Shown: positions 1 through 12,656 of the stretch, one piece after another
Layout: each line of letters opens with the position of its first letter
How positions within the stretch are numbered: position 1 is the stretch's first letter
Assembly: GCA_002633005.1 (NCBI GenBank)
Contig: NMRA01000102.1
Span: forward strand, 337,477-401,476
From: Phoronis australis
Taxonomy: Eukaryota > Animalia > Phoronida
DNA: 64,000 nt
Direction of reading: 5' to 3'
Program-made: the position numbers and the translations under genes
Notes under the pieces: generated by a model
What the model was told of the DNA's origin: nothing
The model's database searches: none
Seen by the model: only the letters and a program-made list of their open reading frames with translations

Positions 1-434
1 TTCTATGCCCGTAGCCAGCTATTGCAACTACACGAGTACTAGATGCGTAATTGTGGTTAGCGAACTTTTTATTCTTCTCTTCATACCCCTCCCCGGCAAC
101 TTTTCGCTCTCCGTACCACTGCCGCCGTAAAAATGTTCAGACTCCAATAGAAACAATCATGTTCCAGCTGAAGCCGGCAATTAAAAACAAAATTATTCTG
201 GGTGGCTAAAAAGGGTACAGTGTAGGTGGTAACGATATGTAGAAAGTCACCCCTACTAGATGGAGTTTGCCTCGCAAAATCGTATTATTATAACGTTTCT
301 TACCATTGTAGTCTTTTAATATCTTATTACCGCAAACACTCGGGTTAACGACTATGCTAACGCACAAGCCTACTCCCTACCTTTGAAGTGTTTCACAATA
401 AGCGCTCACTGATCTACTAAGCGTTCCCCCTCAA

Positions 435-1409
435 CTTTTGAGAATTTCCAATTAAGCGCCCACAGTTTAGGCTAGCGCCCATCATATCGCACTACAAACG
501 ACCGCGCGTGGTTGAAAATGACTCGTGTGTCACTCTCATTTTACACAACAAATTCCGTTTTCAAAAAACGTCTTTTCTCAATATGTAAAAACCAAATCCC
601 GGTTTTGTTTTATACCTCCGAAAGAAAGTTAACTCTAGTGACATGTGTGTCGTTTTGTGACTGACCTATTTTTTCCGTACCTGGAAGGTATTGAGCAAAC
701 TTGCCATTACCAGATGGAAACTCGCACGGAGGGAGTCGGGAATTATTTGGAGGCTATTCACTTCATGGAAAACTAATTGTTGAGTACGTAAACAGAATAA
801 GTACCACATTTTTGTTGTGAAATTTGCACTGAATTGTTTATTCGGTTAAAGCATCGTTTCACGGATTTTTTTTCGACAGACGTTTTTCAAACATGAGTTA
901 AGTTGCAAAATTTGGACTGCGAACAAAAAACGGAGGGAATTTGCCCTCGGAATTAGTTTGAATCTTCAACGACTTTGATGACAGCCAGTAGCAGGTCAGA
1001 CCTAGCAAAATACCAGATACTTTTTCAACGGGCATTTTCTACCTTTTCAAATCGCAAACTTAGCTACTCGAATGCACGTGTCAGTTAGAGAACTCTAATT
1101 CAACTTTCACGTCGGGAACTTGACTTGCGGTCTAGAGACTTTCAATGGCGGTCGTGAAGAACAGTAACGCCGTACCTGCATGAACGAAGTCAGTTTTGGG
1201 ATCTGAAATTTGTGAATGTTTAACGCGGCAGGAAAGAGCATAATCTAAACATTTTCTCGATGATCTAAAATCAATTTCGGCGCGTAAAAATGGCAGGAAA
1301 ATTTTGCGACCTGGCATTTATGAATGCGAGCTGGATTTTGGAAATGCGACCTGGGATTCTGGCTGGGTCGCAAAATGCGACCTGGCGATTTTAATAGCGT
1401 CGAGCCCTG
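435..1409. mobile_element. hAT-like non-autonomous element, partial copy (same family as 49719-51422)
   Basis: About 1 kb co-linear with 50460-51422; end reads CAGGGCTCGAC on - with subterminal ggtcgcatt/aatgcgacc repeats. Confidence 0.65.
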
Positions 1410-1505
1410 TAGAAAATATTATAAGAATGAAGTAAAATAAAGTGGGGGCAGTTGTAAAAGCACATTTAACGAATACATTTTGTCTCCCTCAAAACATTAC
1501 ATATA

Positions 1506-2999
1506 CCGTATTCGCCGTAATAACCACCCATGCCCCTATAAGCGCCCCTCCCCTCACGCGTTTTCAGACTTTGCTAAAATAAGCGCCCAGTCCATGAACG
1601 TGTACGTGCGAAAAATGCCTTACCTGCAGTCCTAAAATTCTACAGTTACGTCTTCAATTTATCAATAATATCCGACAGTCCTGAAAAAATCATTGTGCGC
1701 AGAATTTGTAGACCACGAGCCTCGATGCTATGTCAGTATTAAGCCATGACTATACACTTCAAACTTCCGCCATGCCTCAAAACGAACACAAAAGTTCTGC
1801 TGATTGATATTGCGAGGACCAATGGTCTGGCCTTTCAGAACAGAAGTAGTGTACTTGTTTACGGGATTGCTTTGTAAATATTTCCCGCTTTCAACAGGAA
1901 TTCAAATTTCTTTGTAGGCCTACACGTGAAAACCGCGAATCGAAGACTAATAAAAAGATTGGCCAGTGTTAAAAGCATGTGGCCAGGAAGCGCGCGCTAC
2001 ATACATGAACCTGTCATCAAAGACATTAGTCGGGAACTATCCATTCATGAAACGGGTAGCATAGCATCGGCAAGAAATGAATATTGCCACTAATTTCCAA
2101 CAGTTTCTAATACTATAATAAATGTTTGCGTTATTTTTAAGATGAATTGTTTGATTAACCATAATTGGTGTTTTTAAGCCAAATATCCGATAAAATGACC
2201 GCTGACAGTGAATGCTTACACACCCTTACACCGAAAAATAACTGTCAGATAGTCACGTACGCATCCAGCCACACGGCGACTAATATGGCCTTACGGAGAC
2301 AAATGTCAAGCGTTTTTAGCACATGAGACCGGCAAATGCTGAATGAAACACGCTCTGGTTTAGGCCTACTGCTTGTGCAAATTTCTTTAGATACAATGCA
2401 CATCTAGCTCAGTAGATTGCGTGGCTCTGGCCAAAAGACGGTCTCTGCTCTGGCAAATGAACTCTGGTGACACGCACGCGCTCGCTTACTCACAAATGCA
2501 GACAACTTCAAAACAAACGTCACGTGACAACAACATGTGTGTTCGTTTAGACATTTTTCTCATGTTGCCGATCATGTAGCACAGATTTGTTCTTAAACCT
2601 GCCGTGATCCCGACTCCACGGGAACTTAAAAATCTTAGGGACACTACTTGGAAAACTTAAGGAGGATTTCAGGTAATTTGCTTGAGTCGAAACTGTATTT
2701 TTATTCAAGCATTCAAGTCGCCATATCGACGATTGCTAGGCAGGCATTCGGTGAGTTTTCGCCCTGGGATTTCTGTAAAATGATCGTAATTTAGCAGCAA
2801 TGTTTGATAGCAATGCACCACGGTTTTGTAGAAAGTCTTTCATAGATTACAGATACGCCACAGAGTGTAAATATGATGAATCTTAGCTTCCAATTTCACC
2901 CGTTTCGGACACCGGGTTTCAATGGCATTGGATTATAATAAGCGCCCCCCTGAAACGAACCTTTCTAAGCGCCCTGGGCGGTTATTACAGCGAATACGG
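1506..2999 (-). mobile_element. Tc2/pogo-like TIR element carrying a decayed HIRAN-like ORF, copy 1
   Basis: ta|CCGTATTCGCCGTAATAACC ... GGTTATTACAGCGAATACGG|ta (TA TSD, ~24-bp TIR); repeated ATAAGCGCCC; IRGFHV...GGSLKCIV remnants on - at ~1650-1945. Confidence 0.85.
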
Positions 3000-3284
3000 T
3001 AATTTCCGTTTTTGGAGACTGTTCAGACCATTTAATTTTTTTAATTGGTACTTCAAATTAACCCATGGGCCTACATTTAAGTGTTTTGCATGTTGACCCA
3101 TGCACTTACTGTAGATAGACTAGTTTTCAAATAGGCTCGGTATACTGTGTGTAACCATTCTAATCTTTGTCCTCTGCATATCAAGTCCAGCAATCCAGAC
3201 CTAGTGCAAGCACAGTGTGAGTGTGTGTCCTGGATGAGTTGTCCATGACCATTTCAATTCTCCACCGTTCTATATCATCTCCAG

Positions 3285-3454
3285 TGATCCAGACCAAATG
3301 AAGGTGAGCACTGTAAGTGCGCTGGCTGAGGCACGTCAGACAGCCTACATCCGTGGACGCTGGGTCTATCTAGACAACAGCAGTGAGCTGCAGTATAGCA
3401 TAGTGGAGCCCAGCCTGCCAGGGAGTGGGGACTATGCTGCCTACGCCTTGTGGG
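3285..3454 (+). CDS. ATG14: ATG14 internal exon
   Basis: ccag|T GAT CCA...TGG G|gtatgt; DPDQMKVSTVSALAEARQTAYIRGRWVYLDNSSELQYSIVEPSLPGSGDYAAYALW. Confidence 0.88.
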
Positions 3455-6400
3455 GTATGTAGTTATGCTTGTGTGCACGGGTAAGTAAGGATCCTACTGG
3501 GAAGTCCAGGGCCCATTCCATGGAACTAAAAATTCTTAATTTGTTCATTAAGTTCTAGCGTAAATTTATACCTATAGTGTGTCCCACAATGCAATGTAAA
3601 GTAAGTTGCCTAAGTTTGTATGTAAGTTTTTCTCTTAAGAGTTTTGATGGAATGTTGATTATGCAAAATTCTTAACATATACAAAAACGTATGCAAATTC
3701 TTGGCTGTGTATCATTGTGGAACGGATCCCAGAGAGCATGATCTGAACCTAAGCTGTTCAGTTGCTTTTATACTGAGCTGTATTTGAGGCATGTAAGGCA
3801 CCTCAACTGAGGTATGTAGAGCATCTGTATACTTCTCTATTGTCATGATGCTGAATCTATCCCTCCTATCTCATACCACAAGGCTCCATCGTCAGAAATT
3901 GTAAAATGACGAGCTACTATCTCATATTTTTGCTGACTGCTGTAAAGACATTCAAACCATTGTAATGCTTTAGTTCACTATTGGCCTACAGTGTTCAGCT
4001 ATGTTTCAAGAACCTGCACAAAGAACCAACGACTGTTGTACACATTATTACCAACTCCCTTGTGTAAAGGCAGTTTCTCACTTACTCGTTTTAGTGACCA
4101 CAAATCGAGAGCCTGTTGCCGGGCAACCAGATCAGTTGAGGAACCCAGCTTATACCTATCTAGCAGCCCTGGCGTACACAAGTCAATTGGTCACTGTCCT
4201 GGCACACATTTTGGATGCCCGTCTGCCAAGAAGACTGTGTTACAGGTAAACATGTTGTGATAGTTGCATACAGTTACGGAAGCATTTTGAATTTTGTAGG
4301 TAAATAAATAATGTTGGCATGTTTGCTGAGAGGTTCTGTGGTCATCTGCTACTTTTGGTCCACTCACAAGGAAGGAAGTTTGTGAGCAGATGAACTGTCT
4401 TTACTATGCTAATCCCAGATCTCATATGACCGTAGTAAATGTTTAAAGCATAAGAATACATTACTATATGAAGGGAAATTTTTAAGTTTTGGAACATAGA
4501 CTGCTTTTATAGACTATATGCTATTATTTTTCTGTTACTTCAGTGAATTCCTCAGTGCTGACGTGGATGAGGCCAGGTTTAAGAAGCTAGTGTGTTATCT
4601 CAACTATAATATTGTCCATCTGTGCTGTGCACAACTTGTCCCATTCCAAAGTATCAACATACGACACACACTTCACAATCTAGTGCTGTTGACTAGAGCA
4701 CCAAACCTGGGGAGGTAATCTGGTGAAATTATACTGTGTATATTATTTATTTATGCTCATGTGCCTGTGCAGCTCAAAAATCTTTTGTGCATTAAAGCAG
4801 CGCTCCCTGTTATCTTTTTTCAACATGCAGCTGCTCCTACATATTTGACAGTAATCTGACCGTAGATTTTTTCAGAATCAGTACAATAGCTAAGGGTGTT
4901 ACGTCACTTGTACTCATTGGTTACTAGCACATGCTGAGTTATAGCCAGGGCAACGACTTTCTAACAGTGACTCCATAAAAATATGACAAGTAGAGTCTAT
5001 ACCCAAATTCACATGCTTTGATCTTGTGTAGCAAAAATGGCTATTTTAAAGGTTTTCACTGAAGCCATTTTCTGCGAACTTTGACACTCTGTGGCAGCCA
5101 TATTGCACCTTTCCAAAAATTGACCTTACAATAATTTGTTCAGTCACTCTTAACCTGTTCGTAATCTAAAACAAAAACTCTTGCCTCTCCAGTAGTTTTT
5201 GCTTACGAAGCATTACATCAACTGCACTTTGTCCTATTTGCCTGTTCTCAGTTGCCTCAACCACCAATAGGGGGCTCTTGGAACATGGAATTAGCTTGCA
5301 AAACATGACATACATAGCTTGTAAAAATGCAGACGACAGCATTACTAATTACCAATCCCTGAAAATCACACTGTTGATTATTGCTTATTACAAAAAATTA
5401 TGTACATAAATTATAAGCGGCATGCGTGCTTGGTCTGTGTGTTAGATGGCGTTGTAGTTTGTTTCCATGGAGACTGTGGACACGACTAGAAGCCAAATCT
5501 GCCTTGCTCTTGTTTTGTACCTTTGTAGTGAGAGCCACTGACTTAGGAGGGGGGCACACCAGGGGCTATGGCCCTCTATTCAGTGCATAAAATTCATCAA
5601 CTTGATCAAAGCTTATTGTAATTTTGTGTCCATATTGTAATGACCTCGCAGGTTGCTTCAAATTTTAGTCGCCACCAGTCGCAAGAATTTGGTGTTCTTA
5701 TCCCCCCCAGTCACCCCAACATCGCGTATTTCTGACAATGCGGCAAACATTCAAGGTCAATAGAAAACGATTCATGAAAGACAATTTTATTTATGACTGA
5801 GTTCATGACAGACGTTAGGTCAACAAAGTTCAACGCAGGTAACGGTCTGGACTTCAAGCAAACCAAGTGACTGCCTCTGTGGCGTAGCAAGGAGGGGGGT
5901 CAGGTGTCCCTGGGCACTTGCCAGAGGGGGTGAGGCATCTGTTAAATGGGGGGTTACACAGCTACTGACCATGGTGCCTGAGGGTGGGGGTTGCCACTTG
6001 AGGTGTCGATTGGGGATAAGGTGGTGCTTGCTGGACTGACTACTGTCATTTCAGGTGTTCAGGGTACAGACACTTTCTGCTTGGGTGAAAACCGGCACCA
6101 AGTTCTCTTGGGTAAATATTGCATATGATTTGACTGGTCCTGGTCATTCACAACTTCACCTACTTTAATAGGTTAGTAGCTCATCCTTTGGCCTTGATTT
6201 ATGACCTACTTTACAGCACGTCAGATGATCTGAAATGTCTTAAGCATGACTGACTAAAGCCACAAAGCTTTCGTGATCACACTTCTTTGTTGAAAACTCT
6301 CTAAATGAACAGGACGGACATTTGTTCCCCATTTTGTCTTTTAGCGCATGATATCCTTGACGAGTCTTTACAAATAACAATTTTTACGAGTTCAAAATTC

Positions 6401-7980
6401 AAAGGTATTTATTTCTATTTAAAAACTCTAAAGTGTTTAAAATAACTTGTTAATGGAAGAAAGCAAGAGAGTTGCGTGTTTTTACATACCCTCAAACCTA
6501 ATGTCAACTCACTCACTGGGCAAAGGTCATTGGGTTCAGTTTTGATACTGACCGCGCAATATATCCAGAAAACAACTTGTTTTCATTTCAAAGAGCTCAG
6601 ATTTGATTTTTATAACAATTCGATGCAGAATTTTTCTTCAAATTGTTGTTCAAATGGTCGGTAAACTTTGTTCATCATTTCCAAAATAAACAGTTTTGTA
6701 AGAAAATTTTCTCTAAAATGTAATGTTGAGGCAAGATGTTTTTTGCTTAATCATCAAGGTTTATTCCTTAGCTGTAGGTCCAAAAAGTTACAAAAAGCTA
6801 CAAGGTGCAATATGGCAGTAAGAGGGTCTCAAAAACGGCTACTAAAATTAGCTAGGAAAAGTGGTCTGTGGATTATATCTCCTGTTTAGCACAAAGCTGT
6901 CAAATTTGAATAACTGCCAAATAATTATGCACAGTATACATTTGTTATTCCAGCCACCAAAGCACAACTTTCAATCTATTTTGTAAGCTACTTATTTTTG
7001 TCGCTGAAAGCATGTAATTTTCGAGACTGCTAATATGACCAATTGCAGTCTGATGCTCCAGCGACGAAATTAGGGGTCATCAAGTGCACAAAATGTGGCA
7101 TTTAGATTTTTGTTAGGATAACTATCCATGTACAAAATGTGGCATTTAGATTTTTGTTAGGATACCTATCCATGTACAAAATGTGGCATTTAATTTTTTG
7201 TTAGGATACCTATCCATGTACAAAAAATGAAGTTGTTTTGAATTTTGATGTATAGACTGATTTTTGAAAATCTACTGGTTTTTATGTAGACTGCCTCTTA
7301 AGTTGTATGTCAGATGAGTTTCCTGACTTCAAGTTCACACAGATCAGTAAAACACTGATGAAAAATAAGAAAAGTTATAATATACAGAGTAGGTCAGTGT
7401 TTACAATTTACTTGAACACTGGAAACTATTTAGAGATGTATACTGATGTTTTTGCTATTGTAATCATGGTTATGATGAATTGAGTGCACTGAGGACGTTC
7501 AGTGTATGTCATCATAACATTCAGTGTATGACGTAACATGTAGGTTCACAAACAGCTGAGTTTTGAAAAATGCTTAACAAATTTATGGAAGCCTATTTCA
7601 TTAAAAACAGTTGAACTAACTTAATCTAAAGACAGATGTAATTGCTTGCTAATGTGGTAAACATTTTCAAGTGATATTGTTTTTCACCCAGGACGCAGTC
7701 ATTTGAGTTGAACCAGGAACTTATTCAATCCATGGAGGAGAGCAGTCAATGGGAAGACAGCGATGATGATGATGACAATGATGATGCTTTTGATTGGGAG
7801 AATGTGCCTACGTCCCTACCGGAAGTTCCTTTCGGCAGTTCCCAGTCATCCAGTATTGGCAGCACAGTGTCGCAGGCTACTTCTTTGGCATCCTCACCAC
7901 CAGGAGGAGGCCTGATGTTGTCTGCTGCTACGTCTCTTGCTTCCTTCTGGCGTGCGGCGACGGGGACAGATAAAAAATAA
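3285..7980 (+). CDS. ATG14: ATG14/Barkor (Beclin 1-associated autophagy regulator), 3' part; exons 3285-3454, 4095-4245, 4544-4714, 7692-7980; 5' exons lie upstream of the window
   Basis: Phase-consistent GT-AG exons translate to STVSALAEARQTAYIRGRWV...LPGSGDYAAYALWV / [37 protein letters not shown] / LNYNIVHLCCAQ...HTLHNL / DWENVP...GGLMLSAATSLASFWRAATG*. These match remembered human ATG14 motifs (LAEARRTTYLSGRWV, NPAYTISAALCYATQLV, BATS helix [20 protein letters not shown]). Confidence 0.93.
3510..3729. mobile_element. Harbinger/PIF-like MITE
   Basis: CAG|ggcccattccat ... gtggaacggatcc|CAG; imperfect TIR with a 3-bp CWG TSD. Confidence 0.5.
4095..4245 (+). CDS. ATG14: ATG14 internal exon
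   Basis: tttag|TG ACC...TAC AG|gtaaac; [34 protein letters not shown]. Confidence 0.9.
4544..4714 (+). CDS. ATG14: ATG14 internal exon
   Basis: ttcag|T GAA TTC...GGG AG|gtaatc; SEFLSADVDEARFKKLVCYLNYNIVHLCCAQLVPFQSINIRHTLHNLVLLTRAPNLGR. Confidence 0.9.
7090..7225. repeat. ~44-bp tandem repeat x3
   Basis: caaaatgtggcatttagattttttgttaggatacctatccatgta repeated. Confidence 0.85.
7692..7980 (+). CDS. ATG14: ATG14 terminal coding exon (acidic tract and BATS domain)
   Basis: cccag|G ACG CAG TCA TTT GAG...TAA; DWENVP motif and C-terminal amphipathic helix SAATSLASFWRAATG. Confidence 0.9.
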
Positions 7981-8149
7981 CCAGGGAGGTTCTTCTTAAG
8001 AATGCAATGTTTCCAAAGTGCAAGGCTATGTTTTTTATGGATTATAACACCTTGCTGAAGCCAGTCCATGAAACGCTGTGTGACATTTATCATAAATGTT
8101 GAGTTAAAGCTGAGGATGACTGTAACATAGTATGGGGGATAGAGTAGTT

Positions 8150-9065
8150 GCCTATCGGCAACCTGTTTGTGTTTGCAGACCTGGCTCTCGAGCCCGTCCT
8201 GGGCCCTTTGTCGGGGTACTGGCAGAAATCTTTGTGTCACATGGTCACCAGTGGGTAGTTCTTGGTAGTTATTCAACACCACCTGTTGGCTGTTATTTGC
8301 GAGGAGGCACTGGTAATTCACATCCACTGTCCAATTTTCATTTATTGTTCATGATTTTGACTGCTTTTCTGATTTTACGATTCCAATATTTATTTCCTCT
8401 AGATAGTCCTATGACTGTAGGTTTGCAAATATTGTGCAATGTCCATACGGTGTTCTCCTATGTCTGTAGGGTTGCCAGACGATATGTTGAAGTGTTATTG
8501 TAGTCTGGTACCTAGAATAGATTCAGACCAGTCTTACCAACATGTTTGGCAGGACAATCAGGGTATTCAATCGTGTTTATCTCCCTGCATTTCTTGTTGT
8601 CGTCTGACTTGCCTTTTGGGTGGACTAAGGCACTTCGTAGTGTGATGAATGGTTTGTGGTAAATGCCCACCACGTGTTCTGAAGATATTAGACAGTTTTT
8701 TCCGAGAGACCGTGAATGTACGAATGGGCTATTATAAAGTTGAATCATCAGGGTCAGCCTTTTTTGGTTTGGGATTGAACATCCAGTCGGAGTAGTCGTT
8801 GTTGTGTAACATGTTTGATTCAAGTCTGTTTGCCATTTTCCTCTGTTACTAATTGTCCAGGTCTGTTTAAAAGTGGCTGACCTTGTACGTTAGACTTGAT
8901 GGTTTGAGCCGAAATTCGGGTACAGGTCCGTGTGGGTAGGAGTGACCTTCGTACTGCCGTCCTCTTTGATATGTATGCACATGTCAAGAAAGGAAAGTTT
9001 GTCATCTGATAGGTGTTGAATGGTAAACTTGATGTGAGGTTCCACAGAGTTGATGTGATCTAGAT
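8150..9065 (-). mobile_element. Degenerate Penelope-like retroelement (RT C-terminus, GIY-YIG endonuclease, pLTR relic) in the probable ATG14 3' UTR
   Basis: - strand pieces with stops and frameshifts: DHINSVEPHIKFT...DDKLSFLDMCIHIKEDGSTKVTPTHTDLYPNFGSNH; YHKPFITLRSALVHPK...PDCPAKHVGKTG; WNRKIRKAVKI...DSGCELP. Confidence 0.85.
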
Positions 9066-9579
9066 AGATGGTTTGTCACCATCTTGTGCTAAAGTTAGTT
9101 GTATCTATGGAGACATTGTGCTTGTGTCATTAATAGTTGTCATGGTGAGTGCAAGGTTTTGTGAAAATGGAATTTTTGCTTATGACAGATTTAGAAAAAA
9201 ATCATATTCAGATCTTTATAGAGGGAGAATTCTACTTTAGGCAAGACTTCCAGTGAAGATTGTAAAATGTTTAACAATATTGAATGTAACTGAAGTATTG
9301 ATAAGTGCCATGTTAGTCCCCTATTGAGAGGACTTTAATAATGTCTGTCCGAAAAGGATAATCGTCAATAGGAACTTCAAGTCAATGCAAACCACATTCT
9401 GTTGTTAAAATCACCAACTCTCTTCACAAACGTATTTACAAAGCAACGTCATCACATTTTCACCCTGTATTTGAGTTGAAATCAAAACAATAATACCCCA
9501 GAGATGTGTACTGCCTTGCCAACTGAAGTTAAAATGCCACCACAAGTAATTTAATGAGCCTAATCTGAAGCAGCAGCCA

Positions 9580-9790
9580 CCAGTCATACCAGTCAGTCAC
9601 AGTCACACCAGTCAGTCACAGTCACACCAGTCAGTCACAGTCACACCAGTCAGTCACAAGTCACACCAGTCAGTCACAGTCACACCAGTCAGTCACAGTC
9701 ACACCAGTCGGTCACAGTCACACCAGTCGGTCACAGTCACACCAGTCGGTCACAGCCACACCAGTCGGTCACAGTCATACCAGTCAGTCA
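9580..9790. repeat. 19-bp minisatellite (ccagtcagtcacagtcaca)n
   Basis: About 11 tandem units visible. Confidence 0.95.
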
Positions 9791-10183
9791 TTTTTGGAAA
9801 TAGCTTCTAATCTGGATAAGGAACAAGATGAGAATTTTATAACAATAGGTGACCAAAATCAAAAGTTGTGTTTTGACAAAAGGCAATAGTTTATTGCCTT
9901 TTCAGGTGATATGTTTGAGTTGAGGGACAACATGCTCTTGCAAGTGTTGCTGGAGTCTTTTAGCTTTAGTTTACTTGATTACTGTTCATTTAGGTCATTC
10001 CTGTGTGAATGTTGGATGAGATAACCAATTGTGTATTGTTGTGTTGCAGAAATTATGAGAATATGCTGCCAGTCTTCCTTAAAACTGCACTCGTGCAATT
10101 TTTGTTTTAATTTATTCAAAAACCCAGTGTCTTTCAATTCCTTTTAGGAAGATTACATTTTTGTTGATATATCTGAAATGTTT

Positions 10184-10189
10184 AATAAA
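10184..10189 (+). terminator. Candidate ATG14 polyadenylation signal
   Basis: AATAAA followed by a GT-rich tract (gcttgtttgtctcttggtgtt). Confidence 0.4.
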
Positions 10190-10924
10190 AGAGCTTGTTT
10201 GTCTCTTGGTGTTATTCATCTTTTATAAATTATAAGGTGGAAAAGTTAAAACCCATTTGTTGCTATGGCTACCAGCTGGGATCTGTTTCATAAAACTTAA
10301 TATTACACTCCTACTTCTCAATTGCTCAAAAAAGTTTAGAGAAGTAATTAGGAGCGCATTTATAGAAATTATTTCTTTAACTAGCAGTATTGTGTAGTCT
10401 CGGAGACTACATTTTTGTTCAAGTTTGACTTAGTTATTTTTTAGAAATGGTATGGAACTCGACACGACATCTCTGACTTGAGTCTTCAAGTCATAATTCA
10501 CGTAACAGACATCTTGTGAGGCAGGGGAATTTTGTAAAGTTGAAGAGTTGCAACTCGATCATTTATTTGTTGTAATACACAGTATGCACTGAAACTAAAA
10601 ACATTGGAGCTTACTGAAGTAATTTAACGTTATCACTTCTGGAAATGTTTTTCATCTTGGAACAGATGAAACGAGCATCATAATGTGTTGGGTGCTAGAA
10701 AACTTGTCTCACTGTCAGCGAATATTTGTTGGCTCTTTTTAATTTTGCATTTTTATAAGAAATTGACATAAAATTTTTGAGTAATGATGAAGAAATGTAC
10801 CACTTTTTGGAAACGTTTTATGTAAACCATGCTAAAACCTTGACTTTCACATTTGTTCTTTCAATGCAACAACATTCTGTTCTTACCCTTAGTTTGAAGT
10901 AAAATTACACAAATTATCTTGAAT

Positions 10925-11115
10925 AACAGCCATACTACCTTGTTGAATGACACTAACCCGTCATGACCAGCAGGCCATACTACCTTGTTGACTTGACACC
11001 TTCCATGACCAGCAGGCCATACTGTCCTGTTGACTGCCACTAACCTGTTGTGACAAGCAGGCCATACGATCTTGTTGACTGCCACTAACTGGTCATGACC
11101 AGCAGGCCACACTAC
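10925..11115. repeat. Diverged ~40-55 bp tandem repeat
   Basis: Recurring catgaccagcaggccatac...ttgttgactgccactaac. Confidence 0.8.
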
Positions 11116-11731
11116 CATGAATTCCAAAGCAAATGACTGTGCTGGATGTGCTCGTCTTGTCAATCAACTTGCAGTAAGCCAGAAATTTTGAACAATAGGT
11201 CGGTCATGCATTGTATTTTTCTGTCTTCACGAAAGAAGAATGTTCAGAGGACTGGCTTACTGACATGTAGGGTTCATGCAACAATATTTTAAAACTGCTT
11301 TGTAACAAAGTTCAACAAGTGTACTTTTCATAACTCGAACTTCGAGTCTTGAGTTTGCCTTTGTATTTGGTAAATCCAAGATATTACAAAAACTTATATT
11401 TTCAGTTTTAGAGCTCAACAACTGAAATGAAAATTGAGAATAGTTTGTAGAGACCATGAAGTTGTGAACAAACGGACTTTTTTATGTAAGGATAATGAAA
11501 TGACTGTTTGCAAGCCTTAGTGGTGCAGCGGACCATGAGAAAGTCTCCCCATTTCACGGTTCTTTGAACTGAGATAGCAGATTTGCACAAAAATTGTTAT
11601 ATACCATGAAGCCTACTAATCAGCTTATCAATCAACTAGACTGATATCTGGATTTGGAGTGTAAACCAGATGGGAAGTTTTTGGACTTGCACAATTAATA
11701 TACAAACTTGTGGTTACAGATAAACACAACA

Positions 11732-11737
11732 TTTATT
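11732..11737 (-). terminator. Candidate BAZ1A polyadenylation signal
   Basis: AATAAA on - about 630 nt after the BAZ1A stop; an alternative lies at 10562-10567. Confidence 0.3.
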
Positions 11738-12362
11738 GTGCTACAAAATAATGCAGTTGAACCGTGTTACTATGAATCTGGTTTACAACATTTCAACACT
11801 TAAACCATCAATTCCACAACTCCCAAGCAAACTGTACTCGATACAAATTGATTAGGTTACAATAATCCTCCATTTACAACAAACGTTTAAAAAAGGTTTC
11901 TTGAGAGTTCGTTGTTACACGATTCAATTGTATCTTCATAAATCGCAACCATTGCCAAATACAGTATTTATAATAATTAGTAAACACAACTAGCCTATAG
12001 ACAGTATTTATATTAATTAGTATTCACAACTAGTCTATAGACAGTACATAAATCATAAAACTTCTACAGAAGTAATGGTTTACTAATAACATCAGCAGGC
12101 TCAAACAATGTTCCATGTTCTAGCAATAATTGTTTGTCATGTTCTAGCAATAATTAAATTGTGTAAGTCATGTTAAGAAATTTTGTGACTGCTACGCATA
12201 CAAAAAATAGATGTTAGAATAATCTGAAATATTGGCAAAATCAAGTCGGCTGTTATCAATGCTTGTCTATAAATTATTTACATACATAAATACTGAATTT
12301 GTGTACACAGATCATAAACAGTCAGTGTGAATGCTTGAGAAGTTTGTGAGGTCAAAGGTTAA

Positions 12363-12656
12363 CTACTTCCGCCGCGGTCGTTTTGAAGGCACATCACTAT
12401 CCTTTGCAGTAAAGTCTTGTTTTGACGACTTGAGATCAATTTTCAACTCTTTGATTCGTTTCTCAAACAATTTCGACAGCTTGCTTCCTAGTTTGTATTC
12501 CTCAGCCGAGGGTACATTGTAAGCTTCACAGTTACTGAACATGAGTCTCATATCTTCAGCAATGTCCAACGGTCCGTTGTAACGAAATGCATTGATGTTA
12601 GCCCGTATGGTCGACAGGTCCATTGGGGATTTAATGATATCAAAGTAGTCAGGAGC
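12363..12656 (-). CDS. BAZ1A: BAZ1A exon 26 (bromodomain, stop)
   Basis: tccag|GCT CCT GAC TAC; APDYFDIIKSPMDLSTIR...DMRLMFSNCEAYN...KRPRRK*. Confidence 0.95.
   Translation of the reverse strand, partial: APDYFDIIKSPMDLSTIRANINAFRYNGPLDIAEDMRLMFSNCEAYNVPSAEEYKLGSKLSKLFEKRIKELKIDLKSSKQDFTAKDSDVPSKRPRRK

Noticed and set aside
7746-8327. 193-aa - strand ORF
   Set aside because: Antisense shadow of the last ATG14 exon plus Penelope tail; no recognisable domain
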